Positions 27,601 to 36,345 of a DNA stretch of 64,000 nucleotides are shown here, one piece after another. Numbering within the stretch: the first letter of the stretch is position 1; the number at the start of each line of letters is the position of its first letter. The DNA is from a virus. Lineage: Duplodnaviria > Caudoviricetes. Under the pieces are notes generated by a model, which saw nothing but the letters and a program-made list of their open reading frames with translations, did no database searches and was not told the origin of the DNA. A program made the translations under genes and the position numbers. The DNA is taken from positions 531 through 64,530 of IMG/VR virus record IMGVR_UViG_3300005683_000073. One strand, written 5' to 3'.

Positions 27601-30600
27601 CCGTCCGGACGAGCAGGTCGATGCGCTGTTCAACGAGAACCCGATCACCCGGCCCTTCGCTGAGAAGGCGATCGAGGCCGCGCAGCAGGGTGGGTTCGAG
27701 GAGGACATCGGTGGTCGCCTGACCGACCTCGCCGTCGAGCAGCGCGAGCAGGAACTGAAGCGCCGCAAGCTCGACAAGCGCATCCCGGCCCCCGAGGACG
27801 TGAAGTTCCGGGGCCGCGAAGTTGTCGAGAAGGGGCGCGAGGAAACTCGCCTGCGCCGGGAAGGCAAGACCGAGGAGGCGGACAAAGTCCGCAGCTCCAT
27901 CGGCGGCGACAAGTCCACCCGCGAGAAGCTCGGCGAAGCCTACAAGGAGCTGTACGGTCGTGCGACCGATGCAGCCCTGAAGCTCATGGAGGCCCGGATC
28001 TCCGGCTCCGTGCAGAGCGTTACCGACGCCGAGGCAGAGTACGAGACCCTGCTCGGCGAGCTGAAGGCGTTCTACGACATGGAGGGCGGCTACACCAAGG
28101 CCGAGGCTATCCAGCGCGCCGCGAATCGTTACTCGCCGAAGGGCACGAAGGAGACCATCCGCGCGCTGGCCCGCGCTCGTCAGGAGCGCCGGGAGCGGGC
28201 GGAGCGGAAGGAAGAGGAAGAGCTGGAGCCGATTCGCGCTGAGCGTGAGCGCCGCTACAAGGCGGGCGAGACGCGCGGCGACGAGACGATTACTTCCCGT
28301 GGCGATACGCCCCGCGAAGAGCGGAAGCTCCGCAACATCGCCGAAGCCGAGAAGGTCTCGGTCGAAACGATGGCAGCGAAGCTCAAGCGCATCCGCAAGC
28401 ACACCCAGTCGGCGGAAGGCCAGCGGCTGGTGGAGAACCTGTTCATGGTCCTGTCGCCCTCCGTGGGCCGGGATCTCGATCAGGTGGCTGATCACTTCGA
28501 CGCCAGCGCCGAGATCGCGAAGCTCGACAAGATGCGCGCGGCGGGCAGGCTGAGCGACAAGCGGTACGAGTGGCGCAAGAAGCTCGCGACTCGCCGCGCT
28601 GAGGTGAAGAGCGAGAAGCACCGCGCCGCGCTGGCGAACGCGCTGCTGGAGACCAACCAGCTCCTGCGCCAGTGGCTGACGGACTACCGCACCGCACTGC
28701 GGTATGCCACGCCTGCTGGAGACAAGGAAGCGAGCAAGCGCAACTGGCTGCTCGCGCAACGCGCGGGCGAACTGACCGAGATGCTCGGCCAGCTCAAGGC
28801 ATGGCATCAGGGCGACATCAGCATCTCCGACGACGCGGCGCGCTACCTCGCGCATCGCATCTCGCGCATGGTGGTCATCGGCAAGCGCGTGGGCGTCGGC
28901 ACCGAGCTGGACATCGACGGGTTCTGGGAAGCATCGGCGAAGGGGCCGATGGCCTTCCGTGACTACCTCGCCGACACCGTGCAGAGCCGCGAGGACCTGC
29001 CGTTTCCGACCGACCTGACGGAAGAGAAGCTGCAGGGCGTCACGCTCGGCACGCTGAACGCGCTCTACGTCAAGGCCCTCGAACACCTCGACGGTAGCCG
29101 CGAGTCCGACGGCCAGCGCCGCGAGATGGTGAAGGCCCTCAAGAACGCAATCACCGAGCGCGTAGGGAACCTGAGCGACAAGCCTGAGACGATTACCGTC
29201 GAGCTGTGGGACCGCAAGAAGCACGAGTACGTCAAGATCAAGCGCGAGATCTCCCCGCGCAAGCTCATGGCCGAGACGTTCCGCCGCAGCTACGGGCTGC
29301 GCGGCGCGGACAGCCGCATGAGCATGGAGCAGCTCAAGGAGCTGTACCTCAAGGGTGGCACGCTCACCGTCTGGGACAACGGGTGGGTGGAGTTCGCTGA
29401 CTCGTCGGCGAAGGACAAGCGCCACTGGCGGATGAAGGAAGGCTCGTTCAAGGGGAAGGGCAAGGCCAAGACCGTCAAGATCCCCCCGATCAGTGACAAG
29501 CTGCCCGAGCCGCTGCCGCTGAACGTCCTCGCGCGGCGTGTCACGCCCGAGAAGAAGCGCAAGATCATCCTCCGTGCTGTGCGGAACATGGACCGCAAGC
29601 AGTACGGCGGCAAGTCCCGCTCCACTGGCCTGACCCGCACTTCCACGTCGGCCACCGAGCGCGCACGCGCCGAGTCGAAGTACAGCCCGAGCGTCCTGCT
29701 GGAGGACGTGCGCCCGCGTGAAATGTCCTCTGAGCAGGAGACCGCATGGAACGAGCGGCGCAAGGAAGTCGTCGGCGACTTGGAGGAAATGCTGTCGCAT
29801 GGCGCGACCTACCTCGCACAGACCGAGACGGCCAAATTCAAGAAGGCGTCGGGGGACCCGCAGGGGTTCATCCTTGCGCGGGCGTACTTCCGCTGGCTGG
29901 TCGAGTATGGCCAGACGCTGGTCAACGCCAACCTCAAGAGTTACGCCGCGTTCGACGAGATGAACCGCGTCGCGGTCGGCATCAAGGACATCGTCTCCTA
30001 CTCCGCTGAGGAGTTCGTGGCGAACGTCGAGAAGCTGTTCCGCGCCGAGATGAACGAGCAGGTGTTCCGTGCTGTCTCGCTCGACCCCGTGAACCTGAAG
30101 GGCCTGAGCGATCCGAAGCGCCGCGCGGCGATCACTGCCGAGTCGCACGACCGTCTGCGCAAGCACCTGATGTTCCACAAGCGGCTGACGGAGATCTGGC
30201 CGCAGCACCCGCTGTTCCAGCAGCACATCGCCACGGTTCTGAACAAGATTGCCGAGTCGATCGCTGTCCGCCACCGGGGCGACTATCAGGAGAGCCGTGG
30301 CTGGCCGATTGCCCAGTTCACTCAGGAAGAGCGGGATCGCGTCATGGCGATCCTCAACGACTGGAAAACCGCCAAGGACGAGCGCAACTACGTCAAGGCC
30401 CAGAAGGTGTTCCGTGAGTGGGGCATCCCGCTCAACACGCTGTACGACGACTTCTACCTGCCGTTGTACGAGATGCTGCGCAACGCCGGGTTCATCGACC
30501 CCGATGTGGCACTACTCAAGCAGTACAACCGCCGGTTCTCCAGCTTCGAGGACCAATCCACTGGGCCGATCACGGTCGAATATGCGGCGGAGAGCGAGGA

Positions 30601-33600
30601 CGACCGCCTCAAGCGGCTGTACGCAGGCGACGACAGCAAGGGGCCGACGCGCACTCGGTTCGTCTCGGTCGCTGAGAGCGACCCCGTCGCGCTGGCGACG
30701 GCTGAACTCGACCGCCGCAAGCAGGAGATGCGCGACCGTGAGCTGGTTGCGATGGATGACGATGAAGCCTCCGAGCTGAACAAGGCCGAGCAGGACCGTC
30801 GCAAGAAGTTGATCGCGTCGCCCATCGGCAAGACGGCAACGTCTGCGCGCAAGCTCCTCCGTGGCAACGAGATCATCTCGCAGTTTGCCAAGACGCTGGA
30901 CAACCCCAACGCGAGTGTCCGCAGCATCGAGCTGGCGGAGAAGCGCATGCTGAGCCAGCTTGCGGAAATCGGACTGTACCGTCCGACCGGCGGAGACCTC
31001 GGCACCATCGGCCTGCCTGACGCCGCTCCGATCCTCGCAGACATCGAGCGCGAGCAGGAAGAACTCCAGACTGCTATGGAGAAGGTCAAGCGCGACGAGG
31101 AAAGCCCGACTCCTCTTCAGGACGACAAGAAGGCCAAGGAGATCGAGCGTCTCGCTGGTGAGCTGCAGGCGTCTCGCGAAGCTCTCGCCGAAGTCCGTGC
31201 GCTACAGCTCGGCAACAAGAAGGCTCGGACGATCGCGTACCGCAGCGTCGGCCAGCGCCTCGTTGCCGGTGAGTTGACCAAGGAGCAGGCGAAGCGCCTC
31301 GCTGGCGAAAAGCTGACGGGCTTCTGGATTCGTGCTGACAAGGCCAAGCGCCTCGGCATGACGGAGGCCAAGACGAAGGGCGACGCTCTGAAGGAGCGCG
31401 CGAAGCTGGAGGCATCCGGATACCGACCCGAGGAGGCCACGCTCCAGTTCGACATCTCGACGATGGAGAGCGACTACGGCAAGGCCAGCCCTGCCGAGTA
31501 CGAGGCGTTCTTTGCGCTCCGTGATCGACTGGCGAACAACAGCAGCACGCTCGGTGAGGTTCTGGCCTCGCTCCGGGACAACCTCCCGGCGGACCACAAG
31601 TACCGCCCGCTTATCAACCGGCTGCTCGTTCACGCCGCGCACCGCCGCGTGCCGATCCGGTTCTCGCCGGGACTCGACGCAGAGACCACTGGCCAGCTCG
31701 CACTGGAAGGCGGCTCGCCGGTCATCCTGCTGAACGAGGACGCCTTCATGCAGACGGGCTTCAACCCGCTGCGCGCAATGCACGTCGTCCTTCACGAGAC
31801 GGTCCACGCCGCCACGGTGCGCGCGATGGCCGAGAATCCGGCGGCGACCAGCGCCCTGAACATGCTCCGCCAGATCGCCAAGGATCGTCTGGGGAACGCT
31901 CACGCCTACGCGACGAGCAACGTGTTCGAGTTCGTGGCGGAGGCGTACACCAACTCCCAGTTCCAGAGTGCGCTGAAGAACATCCGCGTGGACAACTCCC
32001 CGCTCTGGACTCGGTTCGTGGAATGGGTGCGGAACCTGCTCGGGTTAAACCCCCAGTACGACAATGTGTTGGAGTACGTCATCGCCCTCGGCGACCAGAC
32101 GTTCGGCCCCGCGCCGTATGACACGGCGTCGAGCCGCAAGGTCGAGCAGATCAAGCGCCAGCAGGAGGCGGACGACAAGCTCTCCGCCGCTGGCAGGGCA
32201 GCGGCAGCGGCGATCGACTTCGACCAGCACATGAAGATGGCAGAAACCATGCGGTCTCACCGCACGGGCACGTTGGACTTCAAGGCGGAACTGCTCACCC
32301 AGAATCAGAACGTGCAGGACCTGATGGCCCGCGCGAAGGCGATGACCGACAGCGGCAAGGAGAGCGGGTCGAGCCTGCTGCTCAAGGCCCTGTCCATGCG
32401 CCAGATCGCGCAGCTTTACAAGCGGCACTTCGGCATCGACAAGGCCAACCCGCTGGCCAAGTACATGGGCGCGTTCGAGGCCCGCAACTCCTACTCGTCC
32501 GAGCTGCTGGAGGACGCCGACAAGCTGTCCCGACGCTGGACGGCGCTGGAGGAGGCGGACGAGAAGAACAAGACCCACCACGCCACCGAGCTGTCGCGCC
32601 TGATGCACGACGCGACGGTGGAAGGTGTCCACGCCGATCAGGTTGGCACGTCGCTTCACGCCCGGTTCCAGTCGCTCAGCCCTGCGGCTCAGCAGCTCTA
32701 CAGGGAAGTGCGCGAGTACTACAAGGCCACGCAGAAGCGCGAGGTCCAGCTCATGCTGGCGAACGCCCTGCGGGCCTCGAAGCTCTGGCCCGGTGGCGAG
32801 ATCGACCACGAGACGATCGACCTCGACGGCATCACCAAGGGCGACTGGCTGCAGAAGAAGCTCGGCATCGACGTGAAGGCCGAGGAAGCCAAGCTCAAGG
32901 CCGATGCCAAGACGCTGGACAAGAAGGCGTACCGGGCGCGCGAGGCCGACATCGAGAACACGAAGGAGGAGCTGAAGCTCATCGCCCGGATGGCGAGCAT
33001 CCCCTCGATACAGGAAGGCCCGTACTTCCCGCTGATGCGCTTCGGTGACTATGCTGTGAACGCCGAGCGGACGCTCAAGACCGAGGTGTATGCCACCCGG
33101 AAGGAGCGCACCGAGGCGATGGATGCGTGGCACGCGAAAGACCCGACGCTCCAGTTCAGCTTCCCGGAGACGGACGACGGCACCTTCCCGCTGACGGTGA
33201 AGGAGGTGGAGTTCCGCCTTGCCGAGACGCGCACGGAAGCCGAGGCCGCGCGGGCGGAACTGCAGCAGCTCTATCCGGATGGCACGGTGTCGCCTGTCCA
33301 GCTCAAGCAGTCGCTGATGTCCAGCTCCCCGACGATCGAGAGCAACAGCGCCCTGCAGACCCTGCTTGGCAGGTTGCAGGGGAACGCCGCTGCTCAGGCC
33401 GCGATCCGGGAGTTCTACATCAAGTCGCTGAGCGACCGCTCGTTCCGCAAGCGTGAGGCCCGCCGCAAGAAAATCCGTGGTGCCGACCCGACGAAGCAGC
33501 ACCGGACGTTCGGCGCGTACTCGAAGTCGGCCTCGTACTACACGGCGCAGCTCCGCTACGGCCATGTCATGGCGGAGGCCAAGGCCGAGATGCGGAAGGC

Positions 33601-35350
33601 CGTGAAGGGCCACACCGACGAGAGCCAGATCTCGGCGGTACGGATGAACCAGATCGTGCAGGAGATCGAGAAGCGAGATGATCAGGCGGCGAAACTGACC
33701 GACACCCCGGCCTTTGTCCGCACGGCGGTGGAGACCGGCCAGCTCTGGCTGCTGCTCTCTCCGTCGTACTGGATGATCAACGCCACGCAGCCGTACATGG
33801 TCACGATCCCGTGGCTGGCGGCGCGTAGCAGCCTCCCCACTGCAATGGCAGAGATGGCCAAGGCCCAGTCCCTGATCCTCGACCCGCTGGTGAAGCAGGG
33901 CATCGAGTCGTGGGGTGGCCTGAAGGCCCTGAAGTCCCGCCTTGCTGCTGAGAAGGCGTTCTCGGTGCTGGAGAACGTCACTGGCTCGATCGAGAAGCGC
34001 ATGCGCGACGCAGGGCAGGATCCGAAGCCTGTTCTGGACATGCTCACTGCACTGAAGCGCGAGTCGATCATCGACCTGTCGTTCGTGGCGGAGCTGCGAG
34101 ACATCGCCGAGGGGCAGGAGCAGGGCGCGTGGAACAAGGTCATGGACGCCTCGCGGGTGCTGGCGCACCTGACCGAAGTGAACAACCGCATCACCACCGC
34201 CATCGCTGCCTTCAACGTGGCGAAGAATCAAGGGCTGGACGACAGCGCCGCGACGGCCTTTGCCAAGAACGCCGTGGCTGAGACCCAGTTCGACTATTCT
34301 GCTGCAAACAAGCCCCGGCTGTTCAGCGGCAACGATGCGTGGTGGAATCCCATCGTGTTCCAGTTCATGCAATACGTTCAGCACATGTACGTGCTGTTCA
34401 TCCGGCACTTCGCCATGATGCTGCACGACCCGTTCGCCAAGGTGGGCGAAGCCGCAATCGGTCGGCGCGTTGTCCTCGGCCTGCTGGCCACGCACATGGC
34501 GGCGGGTGGCCTCCTCGGCGCGACGCCGCAGCTCGCGAAATGGGCGGTCGGTTTGGTCATGATGCTGCTTGGGGCCGGGGACGATGAGGACCGCGACTTC
34601 AAGAAGTGGGTCAGCGGCGACTACTACGACCGCACGATGGCCGACGCCATTGCGTGGCTGCTCGGCGACGGCAAGGCGGGCGAGGCCGCACGCGCGGGCC
34701 TCCCTCGGCTGGCCGGGTTCGATCTCTCCAGCCGCGTGGCGTTCCTGCAGAGCCACTTCGTGGACCTCGACACCAGCTCCAAGCAGACGCTGTACGGCTC
34801 AATCGCCACCAGCTTCGGCGGTCCGATGTTCGGCATCTTCGGCAACGCCTTCGACGCCATCGAGCTGATGGCACAGGGCGACGCCGACAAGGCTGCGGAG
34901 AAGCTCCTGCCGAAGCTCGGCAGGGACGCGGTCCGCGCGTGGCGCTACGCTGGTGAAGGCATGGTGGACAACACCGGCAAGACCATCGTCGGCGCGGACC
35001 AGATGTCCCCGTGGGAGATCTTCCTCACCTCGATGGGCTTCGCGCCCTCGCAGATCGCCGAGGTCTACGCCCGCAACGCCAAGGCGCGGGATGCCGAGTC
35101 CTTCGTTTCCCGCAGGAAGGCGGAGATCAAGGCGGCGTACCGCAAGTCGCGCTCGACTGGCGAGATCAACTCCGTCATGGCAGACTTGCGCGAGTTCAAC
35201 AGGCAGTTCCCGAGGGACCGGATCACGCGGTCCGAGCTGATTCGCTCGATGCGCGAGATGGAAAGGGCAGAGCGCAACATCCGCCGGTTCGGTGTGGATG
35301 CCGGAAAGCGCAGCCGCGAGTTCGACGACGACACCTACAACGTGGAGTGA
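24698..35350 (+). CDS. giant polyvalent ejection protein (3550 aa): GH108 lysozyme, zincin metallopeptidase, PLxRFG domain
   Basis: REGGYSDNAADRGGKTNFGIS...FDAAVNHG near nt 24848; HETVH at 31793-31807 followed by FEFVAEAYTN; YFPLMRFG at 33029-33046; hydrophobic segments near both ends. Confidence 0.88.
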   Translation: MSVLDEIFGPASAGRSAVPTEADLGTVRRAALPQAGGVGSNEAIERLLAREGGYSDNAADRGGKTNFGISSKAYPNLDVSKLTREQAADIYKRDYWDAIGADQLDPAVREIAFDAAVNHGVGTARKMLAESGGDPQKMLALRQRLYDNLAANDPSQRQFSAGWRNRLAVLSPIGTAQAEEAPWQTSMPMPTARGESSNEVLDSIFGGDLPERTAPERSVTGGDFGRALAITAGDFAKAPVAALENVLGQLSGEGKTADDQALAERQRDLGGIRRSISEWQKGFFASMSPEALDRANRELLTLDPNKTIWQGGVGEFMSSIALKGTMSLGPTIGPMITTALLARLGVGAAASTLYGTQEGLMSAGLTAAQIADEIEQTPIEELRKVDRFRALESQAGEAEARRQFTNEVQGIVPAVTGILVGSIAKAVGKPLDKIFGTEGGLPLLQRIGAGATVEAAQEAPQSFTEQVTQNYAKMAYDANVNLLDGAAEQTVQGILLGGIMGGTFAGAFGNRPQNNPMSSDPVPADVRAAIGGAAIPTTPPAGTPPPASGGGPATGGEPPGGPPAPPASTTPTLDAFAAEGQKWDPNAPAPSQPLPEMFGSNVGAEEVAIPEVAPDRSPLERAMANPKKKRVKEAIPLLPATDAVDDFAAEQDAQAAARGIQLTPEGFQNPIPSDIEAALGAVESPKWDPNAPDTTPAPELADVPDTRPDFEVNQTREPKHGRRTRTEQLGYRVRLRGPNGEILQSQLFDTGTQARLKAHQMERGLRGTNDGSYVEVLPARRTFLNDQTPTAEPVSDVMAQIRDMNSRDALDMRMDSEARRGVYLTRETLDNLREAGQLDQALRGGVPIRNFDTYGGILLAKDEEIAQELMQLIENPRSNIDEVIGYATGAGDGKPGGTNPVVQLLDGDGNVIRERQVTPEEAEPTKAAWGPMARVMSLEQALAIRQNRMQREKAERNAAAEQEAFTATRPDEQVDALFNENPITRPFAEKAIEAAQQGGFEEDIGGRLTDLAVEQREQELKRRKLDKRIPAPEDVKFRGREVVEKGREETRLRREGKTEEADKVRSSIGGDKSTREKLGEAYKELYGRATDAALKLMEARISGSVQSVTDAEAEYETLLGELKAFYDMEGGYTKAEAIQRAANRYSPKGTKETIRALARARQERRERAERKEEEELEPIRAERERRYKAGETRGDETITSRGDTPREERKLRNIAEAEKVSVETMAAKLKRIRKHTQSAEGQRLVENLFMVLSPSVGRDLDQVADHFDASAEIAKLDKMRAAGRLSDKRYEWRKKLATRRAEVKSEKHRAALANALLETNQLLRQWLTDYRTALRYATPAGDKEASKRNWLLAQRAGELTEMLGQLKAWHQGDISISDDAARYLAHRISRMVVIGKRVGVGTELDIDGFWEASAKGPMAFRDYLADTVQSREDLPFPTDLTEEKLQGVTLGTLNALYVKALEHLDGSRESDGQRREMVKALKNAITERVGNLSDKPETITVELWDRKKHEYVKIKREISPRKLMAETFRRSYGLRGADSRMSMEQLKELYLKGGTLTVWDNGWVEFADSSAKDKRHWRMKEGSFKGKGKAKTVKIPPISDKLPEPLPLNVLARRVTPEKKRKIILRAVRNMDRKQYGGKSRSTGLTRTSTSATERARAESKYSPSVLLEDVRPREMSSEQETAWNERRKEVVGDLEEMLSHGATYLAQTETAKFKKASGDPQGFILARAYFRWLVEYGQTLVNANLKSYAAFDEMNRVAVGIKDIVSYSAEEFVANVEKLFRAEMNEQVFRAVSLDPVNLKGLSDPKRRAAITAESHDRLRKHLMFHKRLTEIWPQHPLFQQHIATVLNKIAESIAVRHRGDYQESRGWPIAQFTQEERDRVMAILNDWKTAKDERNYVKAQKVFREWGIPLNTLYDDFYLPLYEMLRNAGFIDPDVALLKQYNRRFSSFEDQSTGPITVEYAAESEDDRLKRLYAGDDSKGPTRTRFVSVAESDPVALATAELDRRKQEMRDRELVAMDDDEASELNKAEQDRRKKLIASPIGKTATSARKLLRGNEIISQFAKTLDNPNASVRSIELAEKRMLSQLAEIGLYRPTGGDLGTIGLPDAAPILADIEREQEELQTAMEKVKRDEESPTPLQDDKKAKEIERLAGELQASREALAEVRALQLGNKKARTIAYRSVGQRLVAGELTKEQAKRLAGEKLTGFWIRADKAKRLGMTEAKTKGDALKERAKLEASGYRPEEATLQFDISTMESDYGKASPAEYEAFFALRDRLANNSSTLGEVLASLRDNLPADHKYRPLINRLLVHAAHRRVPIRFSPGLDAETTGQLALEGGSPVILLNEDAFMQTGFNPLRAMHVVLHETVHAATVRAMAENPAATSALNMLRQIAKDRLGNAHAYATSNVFEFVAEAYTNSQFQSALKNIRVDNSPLWTRFVEWVRNLLGLNPQYDNVLEYVIALGDQTFGPAPYDTASSRKVEQIKRQQEADDKLSAAGRAAAAAIDFDQHMKMAETMRSHRTGTLDFKAELLTQNQNVQDLMARAKAMTDSGKESGSSLLLKALSMRQIAQLYKRHFGIDKANPLAKYMGAFEARNSYSSELLEDADKLSRRWTALEEADEKNKTHHATELSRLMHDATVEGVHADQVGTSLHARFQSLSPAAQQLYREVREYYKATQKREVQLMLANALRASKLWPGGEIDHETIDLDGITKGDWLQKKLGIDVKAEEAKLKADAKTLDKKAYRAREADIENTKEELKLIARMASIPSIQEGPYFPLMRFGDYAVNAERTLKTEVYATRKERTEAMDAWHAKDPTLQFSFPETDDGTFPLTVKEVEFRLAETRTEAEAARAELQQLYPDGTVSPVQLKQSLMSSSPTIESNSALQTLLGRLQGNAAAQAAIREFYIKSLSDRSFRKREARRKKIRGADPTKQHRTFGAYSKSASYYTAQLRYGHVMAEAKAEMRKAVKGHTDESQISAVRMNQIVQEIEKRDDQAAKLTDTPAFVRTAVETGQLWLLLSPSYWMINATQPYMVTIPWLAARSSLPTAMAEMAKAQSLILDPLVKQGIESWGGLKALKSRLAAEKAFSVLENVTGSIEKRMRDAGQDPKPVLDMLTALKRESIIDLSFVAELRDIAEGQEQGAWNKVMDASRVLAHLTEVNNRITTAIAAFNVAKNQGLDDSAATAFAKNAVAETQFDYSAANKPRLFSGNDAWWNPIVFQFMQYVQHMYVLFIRHFAMMLHDPFAKVGEAAIGRRVVLGLLATHMAAGGLLGATPQLAKWAVGLVMMLLGAGDDEDRDFKKWVSGDYYDRTMADAIAWLLGDGKAGEAARAGLPRLAGFDLSSRVAFLQSHFVDLDTSSKQTLYGSIATSFGGPMFGIFGNAFDAIELMAQGDADKAAEKLLPKLGRDAVRAWRYAGEGMVDNTGKTIVGADQMSPWEIFLTSMGFAPSQIAEVYARNAKARDAESFVSRRKAEIKAAYRKSRSTGEINSVMADLREFNRQFPRDRITRSELIRSMREMERAERNIRRFGVDAGKRSREFDDDTYNVE

Positions 35351-35352
35351 CC

Positions 35353-36084
35353 ATGTTCCCGACGTTCTTCATCCCCGGCTCTGCAGCCCCTTCGGACGAT
35401 TATTTCGGAGACGTGGTGCTGCTCATCAGAGGAGAAGGGGCAGACGGAAGTACTTCGTTTGTCGATTATTCCAGCTATGGGCACACGGCAACCCCCAATG
35501 GTGGGGTGCAGATGGACACTGCAAAGATGCGGAATGGTCGCCCGTCGATATACTTCGACGCGACGAGCGACTTTATATCGTTCGCGAACCATGCCGGGTT
35601 TCAGTTTGGCGCTGAGGACTTCACCATTGAGGCGTGGGTGTGGAAGGACTCATGGGCAGCGGATTGCGGCCTTATCGACAAGATGTACACGTTTCAGGAC
35701 TACCCTGCAGGCGCATGGGAGATCTACCACAGTAGCATTCTTGGACTCTCATTTGCGGCTTGGTCCAGCTCGGCGGTCGGACTTAATGTGCGGTCTGGTA
35801 TCGGGGCAGGGGTACTGCCGACCGGGGAATGGCTGCATGTAGCGGTCAACCGGACGGGGGGGCTACTTAAAATGTACACTGGAGGGGTGCTTAGAGGTTC
35901 TACGTCTATTGGTGAGGGGGCTGAGTTTAACGCCGGAACTGACCCGGTGCGCGTCGGCGGATTTACGCTCTACAGCGGGACGGAGACGTTCGATGGATGG
36001 GTCTCTGAACTGCGAATCACTAAGGGCTACGGACGGTACCCGGCAGCATTCACGCCACCCTCGGAAGATTTCCCGCTTCAGTAA
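35353..36084 (+). CDS. LamG/concanavalin A-like jelly-roll protein (243 aa)
   Basis: DYFGDVVLLIRGEGADGSTSFVD, DFTIEAWVW, EWLHVAV.R, FDGWVSELRITKG; atypical lower-GC codon usage. Confidence 0.85.
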   Translation: MFPTFFIPGSAAPSDDYFGDVVLLIRGEGADGSTSFVDYSSYGHTATPNGGVQMDTAKMRNGRPSIYFDATSDFISFANHAGFQFGAEDFTIEAWVWKDSWAADCGLIDKMYTFQDYPAGAWEIYHSSILGLSFAAWSSSAVGLNVRSGIGAGVLPTGEWLHVAVNRTGGLLKMYTGGVLRGSTSIGEGAEFNAGTDPVRVGGFTLYSGTETFDGWVSELRITKGYGRYPAAFTPPSEDFPLQ

Positions 36085-36093
36085 GGAGAAGCA

Positions 36094-36345
36094 ATGGCAC
36101 GCGACTACAAGAAAGAGTACGCCGAATACCACAGCCGCCCGGAGCAGAAGAAGAACCGGGCCGCGCGGAACGCGGCGCGGCGCGAGATGGAGGAGCGCGG
36201 CCTCGTCCGAAAGGGCGACGGCAAGGATGTGGACCATAAGAAGCCGCTCGACCGTGGCGGCTCGAACGACCCGTCTAACTGGCGAGTGCTGCCGAAGTCG
36301 AAGAATCGGGGCTACCGCCGGGACTCGAAAAACCAACCTCGTTAA
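36094..36345 (+). CDS. small HNH-motif protein (83 aa)
   Basis: RBS AAGGAG; GDGKDVDHKKPLDRGGSNDPSNWRVLPKSKNR. Confidence 0.8.
   Translation: MARDYKKEYAEYHSRPEQKKNRAARNAARREMEERGLVRKGDGKDVDHKKPLDRGGSNDPSNWRVLPKSKNRGYRRDSKNQPR

Noticed and set aside
26468-30274. 1268-aa minus-strand ORF (and the 903-aa ORF at 32045-34756) inside the giant gene
   Set aside because: Antisense shadows of a high-GC gene with strong codon bias; no motifs, no RBS, and composition typical of reverse-frame translation. The same applies to most overlapping ORFs in the track.
24698-35350. Giant protein as an N4-like or crAss-like virion RNA polymerase (similar size, and hairpin-like palindromes exist in the early arm)
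   Set aside because: No T7-type motifs A/B/C and no DxDGD-type catalytic loop found; recognisable motifs are GH108, HExxH and PLxRFG. A structure search of the middle region would be needed to exclude it fully.
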